DNA of 43,273 nucleotides from Planctomycetota bacterium (GTDB lineage Bacteria > Planctomycetota > PLA2 > JAEUHO01). Position numbers and translations under genes: made by a program. Positions within the stretch are counted from its first letter, which is position 1, and each line of letters starts with the position of its first letter. Under the pieces are notes generated by a model, which did no database searches, was not told the origin of the DNA, and saw only the letters and a program-made list of their open reading frames with translations. The stretch lies in NCBI GenBank assembly GCA_029259795.1, contig JAJDEM010000052.1, positions 1-43,273 of the forward strand, given 5' to 3'. This document shows, in pieces, positions 1 through 8,017 of this stretch.

Positions 1-119
1 GTCGAGGCCAGGGGGGCGAGGCGCTGCCGATCCCTGCGTCGAGCCACGCTGGCAAGGAGATCGGGCACGAAGACGAGCGAGAACAGCGCGATTCAGCCGG
101 TGTTCACAGATCATGCGGG

Positions 120-1403
120 CTAGGTCCCGGCTTTCACCAGGATCGGATCGCCCCAGTCGGCACGATCCAGCGTCATCTCCTCCTTGCCGAACCCGACCTC
201 GAGTACGAGGGTCTTGACGCCTCGCACATCCAGGGGTCCGACGCGGATGACCTTGGCGCCGCCTTTCACGCTCTTGGCTTCCCAGAGGACCTTGCCGTCC
301 CCGAGCACGCGCGCGTCGACATGGCCCCGACGCGCGCGACCCTTGGCCAGCTCGACGGCCTCGTCGTCGATGCCGAACGAGACGCGAAACGACGCATACG
401 CGCCGTCCAGCGGGATGGTCAAGGTGCTCCGGCTGTTGACGCCAAAGCCATGGCGGAAGGTCTCCCCACCGATGCGCAGCGGGCAGCCGCTGGTGCGGCG
501 GTCGACGCGCACCCCGGCCCAGCGATCAAACAGCGGGTCGATCGTGTCCGGCGGATCCTGATAGAAGGACGTCAGGATGTGCTTGAACGGCAGCTCCGAG
601 GCGTAGACGAATCGTGCACCACTCCAGCGCAGCGTCCGCACCTGATCGAGCTTGATGGCGATCGTCTTCTTGGGCAGCGCCCGGAGCGCCAGCTGCAACG
701 CCGGACCCACAAGCACGGCCGGGGCATGTGTGGCGATGCGGGAGCCGTCTTGCAGTGCGAGCTCCGTCTGCAGACCCGCGGCCGGCTCCACCACGTCGTT
801 CTCGAGATGCAGGACCCGCAGGGTCTTCCACGGAACGGCCCGCTCGCGGCCGCCCTGGGTCTCGATGAGAATCGCTGCGTCCGTGACCTCGAGGGCAGAA
901 CCCGCGAACTGGTCCCCATCGGTGTTGTAGGCGAGGTCGCCCTTCTCGGGACGCGGGTGCTTGGCCGCGAGGTCGTGGCACGCGTTGTCCTCGGCGGGGA
1001 GTGCTTCGATCGTGCGGATCGTGTCCAGCAGCAAGGCCACCTGACCCAGGGAGCTGCTGCGAATGGTGAGGATGTCTTCCTTGCCCTCGACGATGCGTCC
1101 GACGATCTGGCTGCCGCCGGAGAGCCAGAGCCGAAACTGCGGTCCCGCGGCACGCCGCCCCGGCTTGGTCGCCAGCGTCAGCGAGATGGCCTCGGCCAAC
1201 GGGAAGCGCTGCTCGGCACCATCCTTGGCGCGGAGCGTGAGGTGGGTCTTGTCGAGGCCGGTGAGGTCCCCGTCCACCCGACTCAACTCGAGGGTCTTGA
1301 GGCGAGCCGGCGTCGCGTCCGGTGCCGCGTGGGCCCCTGGCAGGCTGGCGGAAGTCAGCAGGGCGAGCGAGGCGAGGAGAACGAGCGGGGAGGCGGTTCG
1401 CAT
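120..1403 (-). CDS. Secreted protein with C-terminal NPCBM/NEW2-like carbohydrate-binding module
   Basis: From ORF 120..1499(-). I trimmed the start to the ATG at 1401-1403, which gives MRTASPLVLLASLALLTSASLPGAHA, a signal peptide. The C-terminal ~140 aa (FRHGFGVNSRSTLTIPLDG...VLGDGKVLWE...DRADWGDPILV) fits the NPCBM pattern. The N-terminal half has four ~45-aa beta-rich internal repeats. Confidence 0.7.
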   Translation of the reverse strand: MRTASPLVLLASLALLTSASLPGAHAAPDATPARLKTLELSRVDGDLTGLDKTHLTLRAKDGAEQRFPLAEAISLTLATKPGRRAAGPQFRLWLSGGSQIVGRIVEGKEDILTIRSSSLGQVALLLDTIRTIEALPAEDNACHDLAAKHPRPEKGDLAYNTDGDQFAGSALEVTDAAILIETQGGRERAVPWKTLRVLHLENDVVEPAAGLQTELALQDGSRIATHAPAVLVGPALQLALRALPKKTIAIKLDQVRTLRWSGARFVYASELPFKHILTSFYQDPPDTIDPLFDRWAGVRVDRRTSGCPLRIGGETFRHGFGVNSRSTLTIPLDGAYASFRVSFGIDDEAVELAKGRARRGHVDARVLGDGKVLWEAKSVKGGAKVIRVGPLDVRGVKTLVLEVGFGKEEMTLDRADWGDPILVKAGT

Positions 1404-1409
1404 CGTGCA

Positions 1410-1438
1410 AGTGTCGAGACGGTTCCCAGCTCCGTCAA
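1410..1438 (-). promoter_or_regulatory. Candidate sigma70-like promoter (TTGACG-N17-GACACT) ending 6 nt before the ATG, possibly giving a leaderless mRNA
   Basis: On the minus strand: TTGACG (1433-1438), a 17-nt spacer, GACACT (1410-1415), then tgcacg and the ATG at 1403. Motif match only. Confidence 0.25.
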
Positions 1439-1616
1439 GCGCCCTGCGTGGATCCTTCCTTCGGTGCCTCGTGCGCAGAATCCGCCCGAATCTCCCCACT
1501 CAAGGCCGCTCTTTGCTTCTGGGACGCGAGGCGCGTACCTTGACCCGCCGTAGAGGGCAGGCTCCGCGCGGGCGTGCTGCCATCCGGCCAGCCCTGCGTG
1601 TGGGATAGATCCATCC

Positions 1617-2474
1617 ATGACGTTTGACACCACCGCAGCTCCGCGTCTTCGCGTCGCCTGGCACGGACGCTCCGTGGTGGGCTGCGTGCGCACCAACAAC
1701 GAGGACGCCCTCTGGGCCGGCTCCCTGGCGCCCGAGGCGGGAGCCAGCCGCGAGATCAGCGACGACCTCGCAGGCCAGGGCGCGCTCTCGCGCCCCGGCA
1801 CCGTCCTCGCCGTCGCGGACGGGATGGGTGGAGCCAAGGCCGGTGAAGTGGCCAGCGACATGGCGGTGAGCATCCTGTGCGAGCAGATGCTCGCGCAGGC
1901 CGCGAGCGGCATCGCGGGTGATGCATCCACCGATGAGGTCTCCGACGTCTTCGTCGGCGTTGTCGAAGGCGCCAACGAGCGCATCCGCGACGAGGGCGCC
2001 ACGAACCCCGACTACCGGGGCATGGGCACGACGCTCACGGCTGTGTGGGTCTACGACGATGTGGCGCAGTTTGCTCACGTTGGCGACAGCCGGGCCTACC
2101 TCTTTCGCAAGGGCAACCTCTCGCGTCTCACCAAGGACCAGAGCCTTGTCGAGAAGCTCCTCGAGGACAACATCATCACCGAGGAAGAAGCCCAGCGGAT
2201 GGGCGCGAAGAACATCATTCTCCAAGCGCTCGGTAGCGAAGAGGATCTCGACGTCGCGCGTCCTTCCAGCACGATCGAAGCGGGCGACCTGCTCTTGCTC
2301 TGCACCGATGGGCTTACGGGCGTCTTGCAAGACACGACCGTCGAGGAGATCCTCCGGGCCGGCGGCTCCCTCGAAGACTTCTGCGATCGCCTGATCGACG
2401 CGGCCGAGAAGGCTGGCGGGCCGGACAACATCACGGTTCTCGTCGGGCAGATCCAGCCCGAACACCAGGCGTAG
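1617..2474 (+). CDS. PP2C-family Ser/Thr protein phosphatase
   Basis: 285 aa with an ATG start. Shows PP2C motifs: RTNNEDA, AVADGMGG, GMGTTLTAV, VGDSRAYL, LCTDGLTG, DNITVLV. Confidence 0.9.
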   Translation: MTFDTTAAPRLRVAWHGRSVVGCVRTNNEDALWAGSLAPEAGASREISDDLAGQGALSRPGTVLAVADGMGGAKAGEVASDMAVSILCEQMLAQAASGIAGDASTDEVSDVFVGVVEGANERIRDEGATNPDYRGMGTTLTAVWVYDDVAQFAHVGDSRAYLFRKGNLSRLTKDQSLVEKLLEDNIITEEEAQRMGAKNIILQALGSEEDLDVARPSSTIEAGDLLLLCTDGLTGVLQDTTVEEILRAGGSLEDFCDRLIDAAEKAGGPDNITVLVGQIQPEHQA

Positions 2475-2595
2475 CTCGCCCCGGCGGGCCCCCAGGACGT
2501 TGCGCGAGCGGACGTCTCCCAGGCGAAGTCTCCTCGCGCGGCGTCCCGGAAACGCTCCGCTGGCGGCCTGGGGCCCATGTTGCGGGCTTTTTGCC

Positions 2596-2619
2596 GAACG
2601 CCCTCCGATCCCAGGCGTA
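2596..2619 (+). promoter_or_regulatory. Candidate ECF-type autoregulatory promoter (GAAC-N16-CGTA)
   Basis: tgccGAACgccctccgatcccaggCGTAcc lies ~45 nt upstream of the first ATG of the ECF sigma gene. It resembles the GAAC...CGT consensus typical of ECF promoters. Confidence 0.3.
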
Positions 2620-2662
2620 CCAACCCGTAGAGTGGACGAATGCGCTGAAACCGAGACTCGGG

Positions 2663-3322
2663 ATGGGTCTGGGAACCCAAGGAGCCCAAGCGGGTCTAAC
2701 CGTGGCAGAACACGACGACCGTACCCCGAACCGCGATCCGGACCAGGAGGCCCTCGAGGCATTCCGGGCCGGCGATCCGGGCGCGTTTGATTGCTTGGTG
2801 GACCGACACCAGGGCCGGATATTCCGGCTCGCCTGTCGGGTGCTCGGTGATCAGGACGCGGCCCTGGACGCCGCCCAGGAGAGCTTCGTCAAGGCCTGGA
2901 AGGCCCTGCCGCGCTTCGAAGGCAAGGCCCGCTTCTCCACATGGCTTACCCGCATCACCATCAACCAGTGCCGCAACGAGCTGCGCAAGCGCGGCACGGT
3001 CAAGCACACGCGTCCGCTCTCGCTGGACGACACCCCGCCCGGCGCCGAAGCGCCGCGCTCGGCGAGTGTGGCCAGCAGCGCCCCGGGTGTCTGGGAGGAG
3101 TCCCGCGGGGCCGAGGTGCGCTCGGCCTTCGAGGGGGTGATGCGTGCGCTCGATCCGGAGGCGCGCGAGGTGCTCATCCTGACGGAGGTCGAAGCCCTGT
3201 CCTACGAAGGCATCGCGGAGTTGCTGGACGTTCCCATCGGCACGGTTCGCAGTCGTCTGCACCGGGCCCGCGCGGATGTGCGCCGGCGCATGGCGTCGGT
3301 CTTGGATGTGTCCAATGACTGA
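2663..3322 (+). CDS. ECF (extracytoplasmic function) RNA polymerase sigma-70 family factor
   Basis: Region 2 (FDCLVDRHQGRIFRLACRVLGDQDAALDAAQESFVKAW) and region 4 (VLILTEVEALSYEGIAELLDVPIGTVRSRLHRAR) are readable. The ORF opens at TTG 2591, but I used the first ATG (2663), which lies downstream of the candidate promoter. The start is uncertain. Confidence 0.88.
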   Translation: MGLGTQGAQAGLTVAEHDDRTPNRDPDQEALEAFRAGDPGAFDCLVDRHQGRIFRLACRVLGDQDAALDAAQESFVKAWKALPRFEGKARFSTWLTRITINQCRNELRKRGTVKHTRPLSLDDTPPGAEAPRSASVASSAPGVWEESRGAEVRSAFEGVMRALDPEAREVLILTEVEALSYEGIAELLDVPIGTVRSRLHRARADVRRRMASVLDVSND

Positions 3323-5468
3323 CTTCCGCGCGCCGGGCCACCCTGAGCAGCCTGATCCGTTCCCCGCGGTGCTGCATGACTTGCTGGACGGACGCCTCGA
3401 TGCAGACGCCGCCGACGGGCTGCGCGCGCGGATCGCGGCGGATCCGGTCCTCTCGGAAGCCTGGGAGGAGCTGCGCCGCATCCAGGGCTGGGTGCGGGCG
3501 CATGGTCCCCAGGGTGCGGCCCTCGAGCCGCCGCCCGCGCTCCGCAGAGGCCTCGACGCCAGGCTCGCCGCCTTGCGCGCAGGGGACTCGGAGACGACGG
3601 CGTCGCAGCTCAGCCACCCGCAGCCCAGCCACCCGCAGCCCAATGACCCGCGGCCCAATGACCCGCAGCCCAGCCACCCGCAGCCCAATGACCCGCAGCC
3701 CACTGACCCGCGGCCCATGCCTGCCGAGGGCGGGCGACCGGGACGCCTCCTGCGCACCCTGACCCTCGCGTATGCGGCGGCGGCGCTGCTTGTGGTCGGC
3801 TTCTCGCTGGTCTACATCACATCGCTTGACCCGACCGCTCACGTTCCCGGCGAGGGCGGCGCCCCGCAGGGCGACCTCGCCACGATCGAGCAGGCCGACC
3901 TCGACGTCGATGACGCGGCGCCCGCCGAACGCGCGGAGCGCGACGGGCTCGCGGCCGACGCGCCCGGCGGGGAGGACGACGGCGAGGCCACCGCGGGCCT
4001 GGCGTCCAAGAACGGCGCGCAGGATGAGAGGCAGGCAGAAGCCAGGCGGGCGCGCGCCAAGGACGCCGAGGCACCGAGGGACGCGGCGACGCCGTTCAGC
4101 AAGGCCGCCGAGAGCGAGAAGCGGCCCGACGAGTCGCGGCCCCGGGCCAGCGGCACGCCGGTGAAGCGTGTCGCGGACGACTTGAAGAAGGCCCGCGAAG
4201 GCGCCGCCGAGTCCGAGAGCGGCGGGCGCGTCAGCGGGCCCTACGGCGCGCCGGGCGGCGCCACGCCGGTCAAGCTGCGCAAGCCGAGCGACAAGCCCGC
4301 GCCAGCGACGGGGCGCACGGCCGAGGCCCCTGCGCCCGGTCCCACGCCCACGACCCCGAGCCATCCCACGCGACCCGCCAGCGCTCCGGCTCCCGCGAAG
4401 GCCCCGTCGGAGAGCAAGGCCCCTCCGGCGAGCAAGGCCCCGCCGAGCAGCCCGACGACCGAGGCGCCGCGGACCCCGAAGGTGCCGACCCTTGCCGACA
4501 AGCCCGGCGAGCCCACCCCCAGCGCGCCGGCCCCGAGCCCGGCGGATGCGCCTGCGGGTGGGTCGATGCCGCCGTGGGGTTTTAAGACCGGTCCGCTGGC
4601 CCGCGCGGGCCGGCAACTCGCCAACGGCGATACCGTCTACGTCCTCGAGACGGACGATCCCGTAAAGGCGCGCGTGGCCCTGCTGGCGCTGCTCGATCAG
4701 GCGGCCGCCGGGGCGGCTGACGCTCCGGCGAAGAAGAAGGCCCGCGGAGCGCCCGCCGAGAGCCCCCCGGCTCCGGCGCGTGAACCGGGGCTGGGTGGGG
4801 GCGGAGGCGTGCAGGCAGGGAGTCCCGTGCGGGCCGATCGCTTCTATCGCGTCGATGCGCCGGCGCTCGTCCGTCTCGGCGCGCGGGTGCAGGGTGCCGT
4901 CGTGGATCCCCTCGTGGTGCACAGCGCCCTGAGTCGTGAGCGCACGGCGACCCTCGCCGCGCTGCTCGAGCTGCGCGCCGCCCAGGGTGCCTGGAGCGCG
5001 CCAGGTTCTGGCTCCGGCCAGGGCTCGAGCTCCGGCGAGGGCGCTGCGATCGGACGCGGCGGTGGCGCGGGCGGTGGCGCCGCCTCGGGCGCTCGCAAGC
5101 GGGGTGCGGTACCCAAGGAGGAAGCCTCTGGCCGCAGCAGTCGCAAGCAGCCGCCGCCTCCGGCCCGTGCGAACCCTGACCGTGATTCCCCGAAGTCTGG
5201 CGCCCCCAAGCCTGCAGCCCCCAAGTCGGACGCCGCTGAGCCGGATGCCCCCGCGGCGTCGGGTTTCGCCCAGGAGCGCAAGGGCGGATCGACCGGGGGG
5301 GGCACTCAGCCGGTGGCGGGCAAGCGACCGACGACGGGCAAGGCCCGCGAGAAGAAGACCGGCAGCGCGAAGCCGGCCTCGGCGAGCGACGCCAAGGCAC
5401 CGCAGGCGAGCGGCGCGGCCGGCAAGCCCAGCGGGCGCGTACGCATCCTCATCATCCAGCGGCGCTAG
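3315..5468 (+). CDS. Anti-sigma factor (non-zinc ASD, single TM) with a very long Pro/Ala/Gly-rich C-terminal region
   Basis: The ATG at 3315 overlaps the sigma stop by 8 nt (ATGACTGA). The N-terminus (AVLHDLLDGRLDADAADGLRARIAADPVLSEAWEELRRIQ) looks like an anti-sigma domain without the HxxxCxxC cysteines. There is a TM helix, LLRTLTLAYAAAALLVVGFSLVYI (~3747..3818). The following ~545 aa are low complexity. Confidence 0.7.
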   Translation: MTDFRAPGHPEQPDPFPAVLHDLLDGRLDADAADGLRARIAADPVLSEAWEELRRIQGWVRAHGPQGAALEPPPALRRGLDARLAALRAGDSETTASQLSHPQPSHPQPNDPRPNDPQPSHPQPNDPQPTDPRPMPAEGGRPGRLLRTLTLAYAAAALLVVGFSLVYITSLDPTAHVPGEGGAPQGDLATIEQADLDVDDAAPAERAERDGLAADAPGGEDDGEATAGLASKNGAQDERQAEARRARAKDAEAPRDAATPFSKAAESEKRPDESRPRASGTPVKRVADDLKKAREGAAESESGGRVSGPYGAPGGATPVKLRKPSDKPAPATGRTAEAPAPGPTPTTPSHPTRPASAPAPAKAPSESKAPPASKAPPSSPTTEAPRTPKVPTLADKPGEPTPSAPAPSPADAPAGGSMPPWGFKTGPLARAGRQLANGDTVYVLETDDPVKARVALLALLDQAAAGAADAPAKKKARGAPAESPPAPAREPGLGGGGGVQAGSPVRADRFYRVDAPALVRLGARVQGAVVDPLVVHSALSRERTATLAALLELRAAQGAWSAPGSGSGQGSSSGEGAAIGRGGGAGGGAASGARKRGAVPKEEASGRSSRKQPPPPARANPDRDSPKSGAPKPAAPKSDAAEPDAPAASGFAQERKGGSTGGGTQPVAGKRPTTGKAREKKTGSAKPASASDAKAPQASGAAGKPSGRVRILIIQRR
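3611..3715 (+). repeat. Seven tandem 15-nt in-frame repeats encoding (S/N/T)(H/D)P(Q/R)P pentapeptides
   Basis: cagccacccgcagcc x2, caatgacccgcggcc, caatgacccgcagcc, cagccacccgcagcc, caatgacccgcagcc, cactgacccgcggcc. Read directly from the sequence, inside the anti-sigma gene. Confidence 0.95.
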
Positions 5469-5509
5469 CAGCGCCCGGACCGGTGGCGCGCGATTCGTTC
5501 CCTGCGCCG

Positions 5510-5562
5510 CACGGTGCCGTCGCCGTGCAACACGGTGCCGTCGCCGTGCAACACGGTCGCCG
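5510..5562. repeat. Intergenic 21-bp tandem direct repeat (2 full copies plus a partial), each unit an inverted repeat CACGG-N8-CCGTG
   Basis: cacggtgccgtcgccgtgcaa at 5510-5530 and 5531-5551, then cacggtcgccg. It sits 42 nt after the anti-sigma stop, upstream of the small ORF and recG. Confidence 0.9.
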
Positions 5563-5582
5563 CGGGCCCGTACGGTGGATGC

Positions 5583-5858
5583 GTGACGGTTCGCCCCCTC
5601 CTTCTCCTGCCGTTCGTCCTCCTGGCAGCCCTCGCGGGCTACGCGGTGGGGGCGTTCGTCACCGCGCGCACCATCGACCGTGAGCCCCCGGCCGGGCCCG
5701 GCGAAGGCGTCGCGGCCCAGGCGGCCCTTGCCGCCCTGCGCGCCCAGCGGGGTAGGGCGCCCGACGAGGCGGCTGCCCAGGCCGCGGCGCGGGAGGCGTT
5801 CCTTGCGCGCTGGCCGGACTCGTGGCTCCGCGCTCGCTGGGCCGCAGGGCGCCGATGA
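5583..5858 (+). CDS. Small single-pass membrane protein (hypothetical), translationally coupled to recG
   Basis: Frame of ORF 5514..5858. A GTG at 5583 gives VTVRPLLLLPFVLLAALAGYAVGAFV (a TM helix). GC3 is high throughout. Its stop overlaps the recG ATG (ATGA, 5855-5858). The start is ambiguous: GTGs at 5514, 5535 and 5583. Confidence 0.45.
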   Translation: MTVRPLLLLPFVLLAALAGYAVGAFVTARTIDREPPAGPGEGVAAQAALAALRAQRGRAPDEAAAQAAAREAFLARWPDSWLRARWAAGRR

Positions 5859-7966
5859 CGGCGCCGCGCGCCGCAGACGACGACGTCGGCACGTTGCCCG
5901 GAATCCAGGCCGCGCGTCGAGCGTCCTTCGCCAAGCTCGGGGTCGAGACCTTGGGGGATCTACTGCGTCTGGCGCCGCGCCGTCACGAGGACCGGCGCGT
6001 TCCGCGGCCGATCGCCGAACTCGAAGCCGGCGAGATCGCCCTCGTCATCGGCCGGGTGCGTGAGTCCAAGGCCATCCGGACACGCAGTGGCATGGCGATC
6101 CTCGAGGCGCACATCGAGGACGCAACGGGGCACGCCGTCGCGCGCTGGTTCTATCGGGGCTTTCGGCCGAGCCCCTTGGCGAAGGGCCGCCGGGTCGCGC
6201 TCTACGGGACGGTCGAGCGCACCGGGAGCAAGCCTCCCGAGTTCAAGGCGCCCGAGCTTGAGCGACTCGGGGTCGACGAGGCCGTCGAGGAGCCGGGCGT
6301 CGGACGCTACGTCCCGGTGCACCCCCGAACGACGGGACTCTCGGCCAGCATGATTCGCCGCGCGGTCTGGAATGCGCTGGAAGCGGCCGACAGCATGCAG
6401 GATCCGTTGCCCGCGTCGGTCCGCGCCGACGCGGCGCTCCCTGCCCTGGGGCCGGCCTTGCGCGCGTTGCATTTTCCCGACGATCTTGCCGCCGCCGAAG
6501 CTGCGCGCGTGCGGCTGGCGTTCGATGAACTGCTGGTGCACGAGTTGTTGTTGGCACGGCGGCGCATGGCACGCCAGGCCGAGCGCGCTCCCGCGATCGC
6601 GTTCGGACCGCGTGTGCACGAGCGGATCCGGGCGCGGCTCCCCTTCACCTTGACGCCCGGGCAGGAGACGGCCGTGGCCGAGATCGTCGCCGACCTCGAG
6701 CGGCCGGCACCGATGTACCGACTCCTGCAAGGCGATGTGGGCAGCGGCAAGACCGTGGTTGCCGCGTACGCCCTCCTCGGGGCGCTGGCCGAGGGCTGGC
6801 AGACCGTCTTCATGGCGCCGACGGACATCCTGGCCCGTCAGCATCTCGAAACCCTCCGCGCGCTGCTGGAGGGCAGCCGCGTGCGCGTCGAGCGCTTGGC
6901 AGGCCGCATGCCGGCCGCCAAGCGACGCGAAGCCCTGGCGCGGATTGCAGCCGGCGAAGCGGACATCGTCGTCGGCACCCACGCCGTGCTCAGCAAGGAC
7001 GTCCACTTCCGGAGCCTGGGTCTTGTCGTCGTCGATGAGCAGCACAAGTTCGGGGTCCGCCAGCGGCGCGAGCTGCTCGCCAAGGGGGACGCGGCGGGGC
7101 AAGAGCGGCGGCGGCCGCACTGCCTGATCATGACCGCCACGCCGATTCCGCGAACGCTGGCGCTCACGGTCTGGGGCGACATGGATGTGACGGTCGTGGA
7201 GGGAACGATCCCGGGCCGCGTGCCGGTCGAGACGTGGGTGGTCAAGCCCGAAGACGGCCGCCGGGTCATGGAGCGGGTGCACGCCGAGCTCGAGGCGGGC
7301 CACCAGGCCTATGTGGTCTATCCGTTGGTCGAGGAGTCAGACCAGCTCGACCTCAAGGACGCACACGCAGGGCGCGAGCGCTGGGCCAAGGCGCTTCCCA
7401 AGCACCGCGTCGGCCTTGTCCATGGCCGGCTCAAGCGCGACGAGAAGGAAGCCGTGATGGGGGCGTTCCGGGCAGGCGAGCTGGACTTGTTGGTCGCGAC
7501 GGTGGTCGTCGAGGTGGGTGTGGATGTGCCGAACGCGACGGTGCTCGTCGTCGAGCACGCGGAACGCTTCGGGCTCTCGCAGCTCCATCAACTGCGCGGG
7601 CGGGTCGGCCGTGGCGTGGCGGGTGGACTCTGCGTCCTCGTGGATCGGTCCAAGGCCGACACGCCGGCCCGACTCGAGGTGCTCGCCGCCGATACCGACG
7701 GGTTCGTGATTGCCGAGGAAGACCTGAAGTTGCGCGGGGTCGGGGACGTGTTCGGCACCCGTCAGCACGGCCGCCCTGCCTTCCGCGCGGCCTCGCTGCC
7801 CAGGGATCTGGCCATTCTCAGTCGTGCGCGGGAGGCTGCGCGCGCGATCGTCGCCCGGGATCCCCCGCTGGCCGCCCCGGAGCATGCGGGCTTGGCGCGG
7901 GCCGTGACGGCCCGGCTGCGCCCCCTGGACGCTGCAGAGCGTGACGTGCCGCACTCGGCAGGATGA
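5855..7966 (+). CDS. recG: ATP-dependent DNA helicase RecG
   Basis: From ORF 5822..7966, trimmed to the ATG at 5855. Shows a wedge-domain N-terminus, Walker A GDVGSGKT, DEQH box VVDEQHKFGV, TATPIPRTL, and QLHQLRGRVGRG. Confidence 0.95.
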   Translation: MTAPRAADDDVGTLPGIQAARRASFAKLGVETLGDLLRLAPRRHEDRRVPRPIAELEAGEIALVIGRVRESKAIRTRSGMAILEAHIEDATGHAVARWFYRGFRPSPLAKGRRVALYGTVERTGSKPPEFKAPELERLGVDEAVEEPGVGRYVPVHPRTTGLSASMIRRAVWNALEAADSMQDPLPASVRADAALPALGPALRALHFPDDLAAAEAARVRLAFDELLVHELLLARRRMARQAERAPAIAFGPRVHERIRARLPFTLTPGQETAVAEIVADLERPAPMYRLLQGDVGSGKTVVAAYALLGALAEGWQTVFMAPTDILARQHLETLRALLEGSRVRVERLAGRMPAAKRREALARIAAGEADIVVGTHAVLSKDVHFRSLGLVVVDEQHKFGVRQRRELLAKGDAAGQERRRPHCLIMTATPIPRTLALTVWGDMDVTVVEGTIPGRVPVETWVVKPEDGRRVMERVHAELEAGHQAYVVYPLVEESDQLDLKDAHAGRERWAKALPKHRVGLVHGRLKRDEKEAVMGAFRAGELDLLVATVVVEVGVDVPNATVLVVEHAERFGLSQLHQLRGRVGRGVAGGLCVLVDRSKADTPARLEVLAADTDGFVIAEEDLKLRGVGDVFGTRQHGRPAFRAASLPRDLAILSRAREAARAIVARDPPLAAPEHAGLARAVTARLRPLDAAERDVPHSAG

Positions 7967-8017
7967 CCCGCGAGTGACCCGCTCCGGCGAAGATATGGGG
8001 GTTATTGGGGTCCCCTC

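Noticed and set aside
1-119. Possible start of a minus-strand gene (ATG at 112-114) or tail of a plus-strand gene at the left edge.
   Set aside because: Only about 38 codons are visible. No frame gives a convincing protein-like sequence or a clear start, so the fragment is too short to support a call.
1540-1568. TTGACC hexamer upstream of the PP2C gene as a promoter.
   Set aside because: No acceptable -10 element lies 16-18 nt downstream. TAGAGG is only 5 nt away and TCCGCG sits at the correct spacing.
5514-5582. Translation of the 21-bp repeat as a duplicated PSPCNTV peptide at the start of ORF 5514..5858.
   Set aside because: This is possible but unsupported. The hydrophobic segment that makes the ORF plausible begins at the GTG at 5583, and the repeat has palindromic structure more suggestive of a DNA or RNA element.
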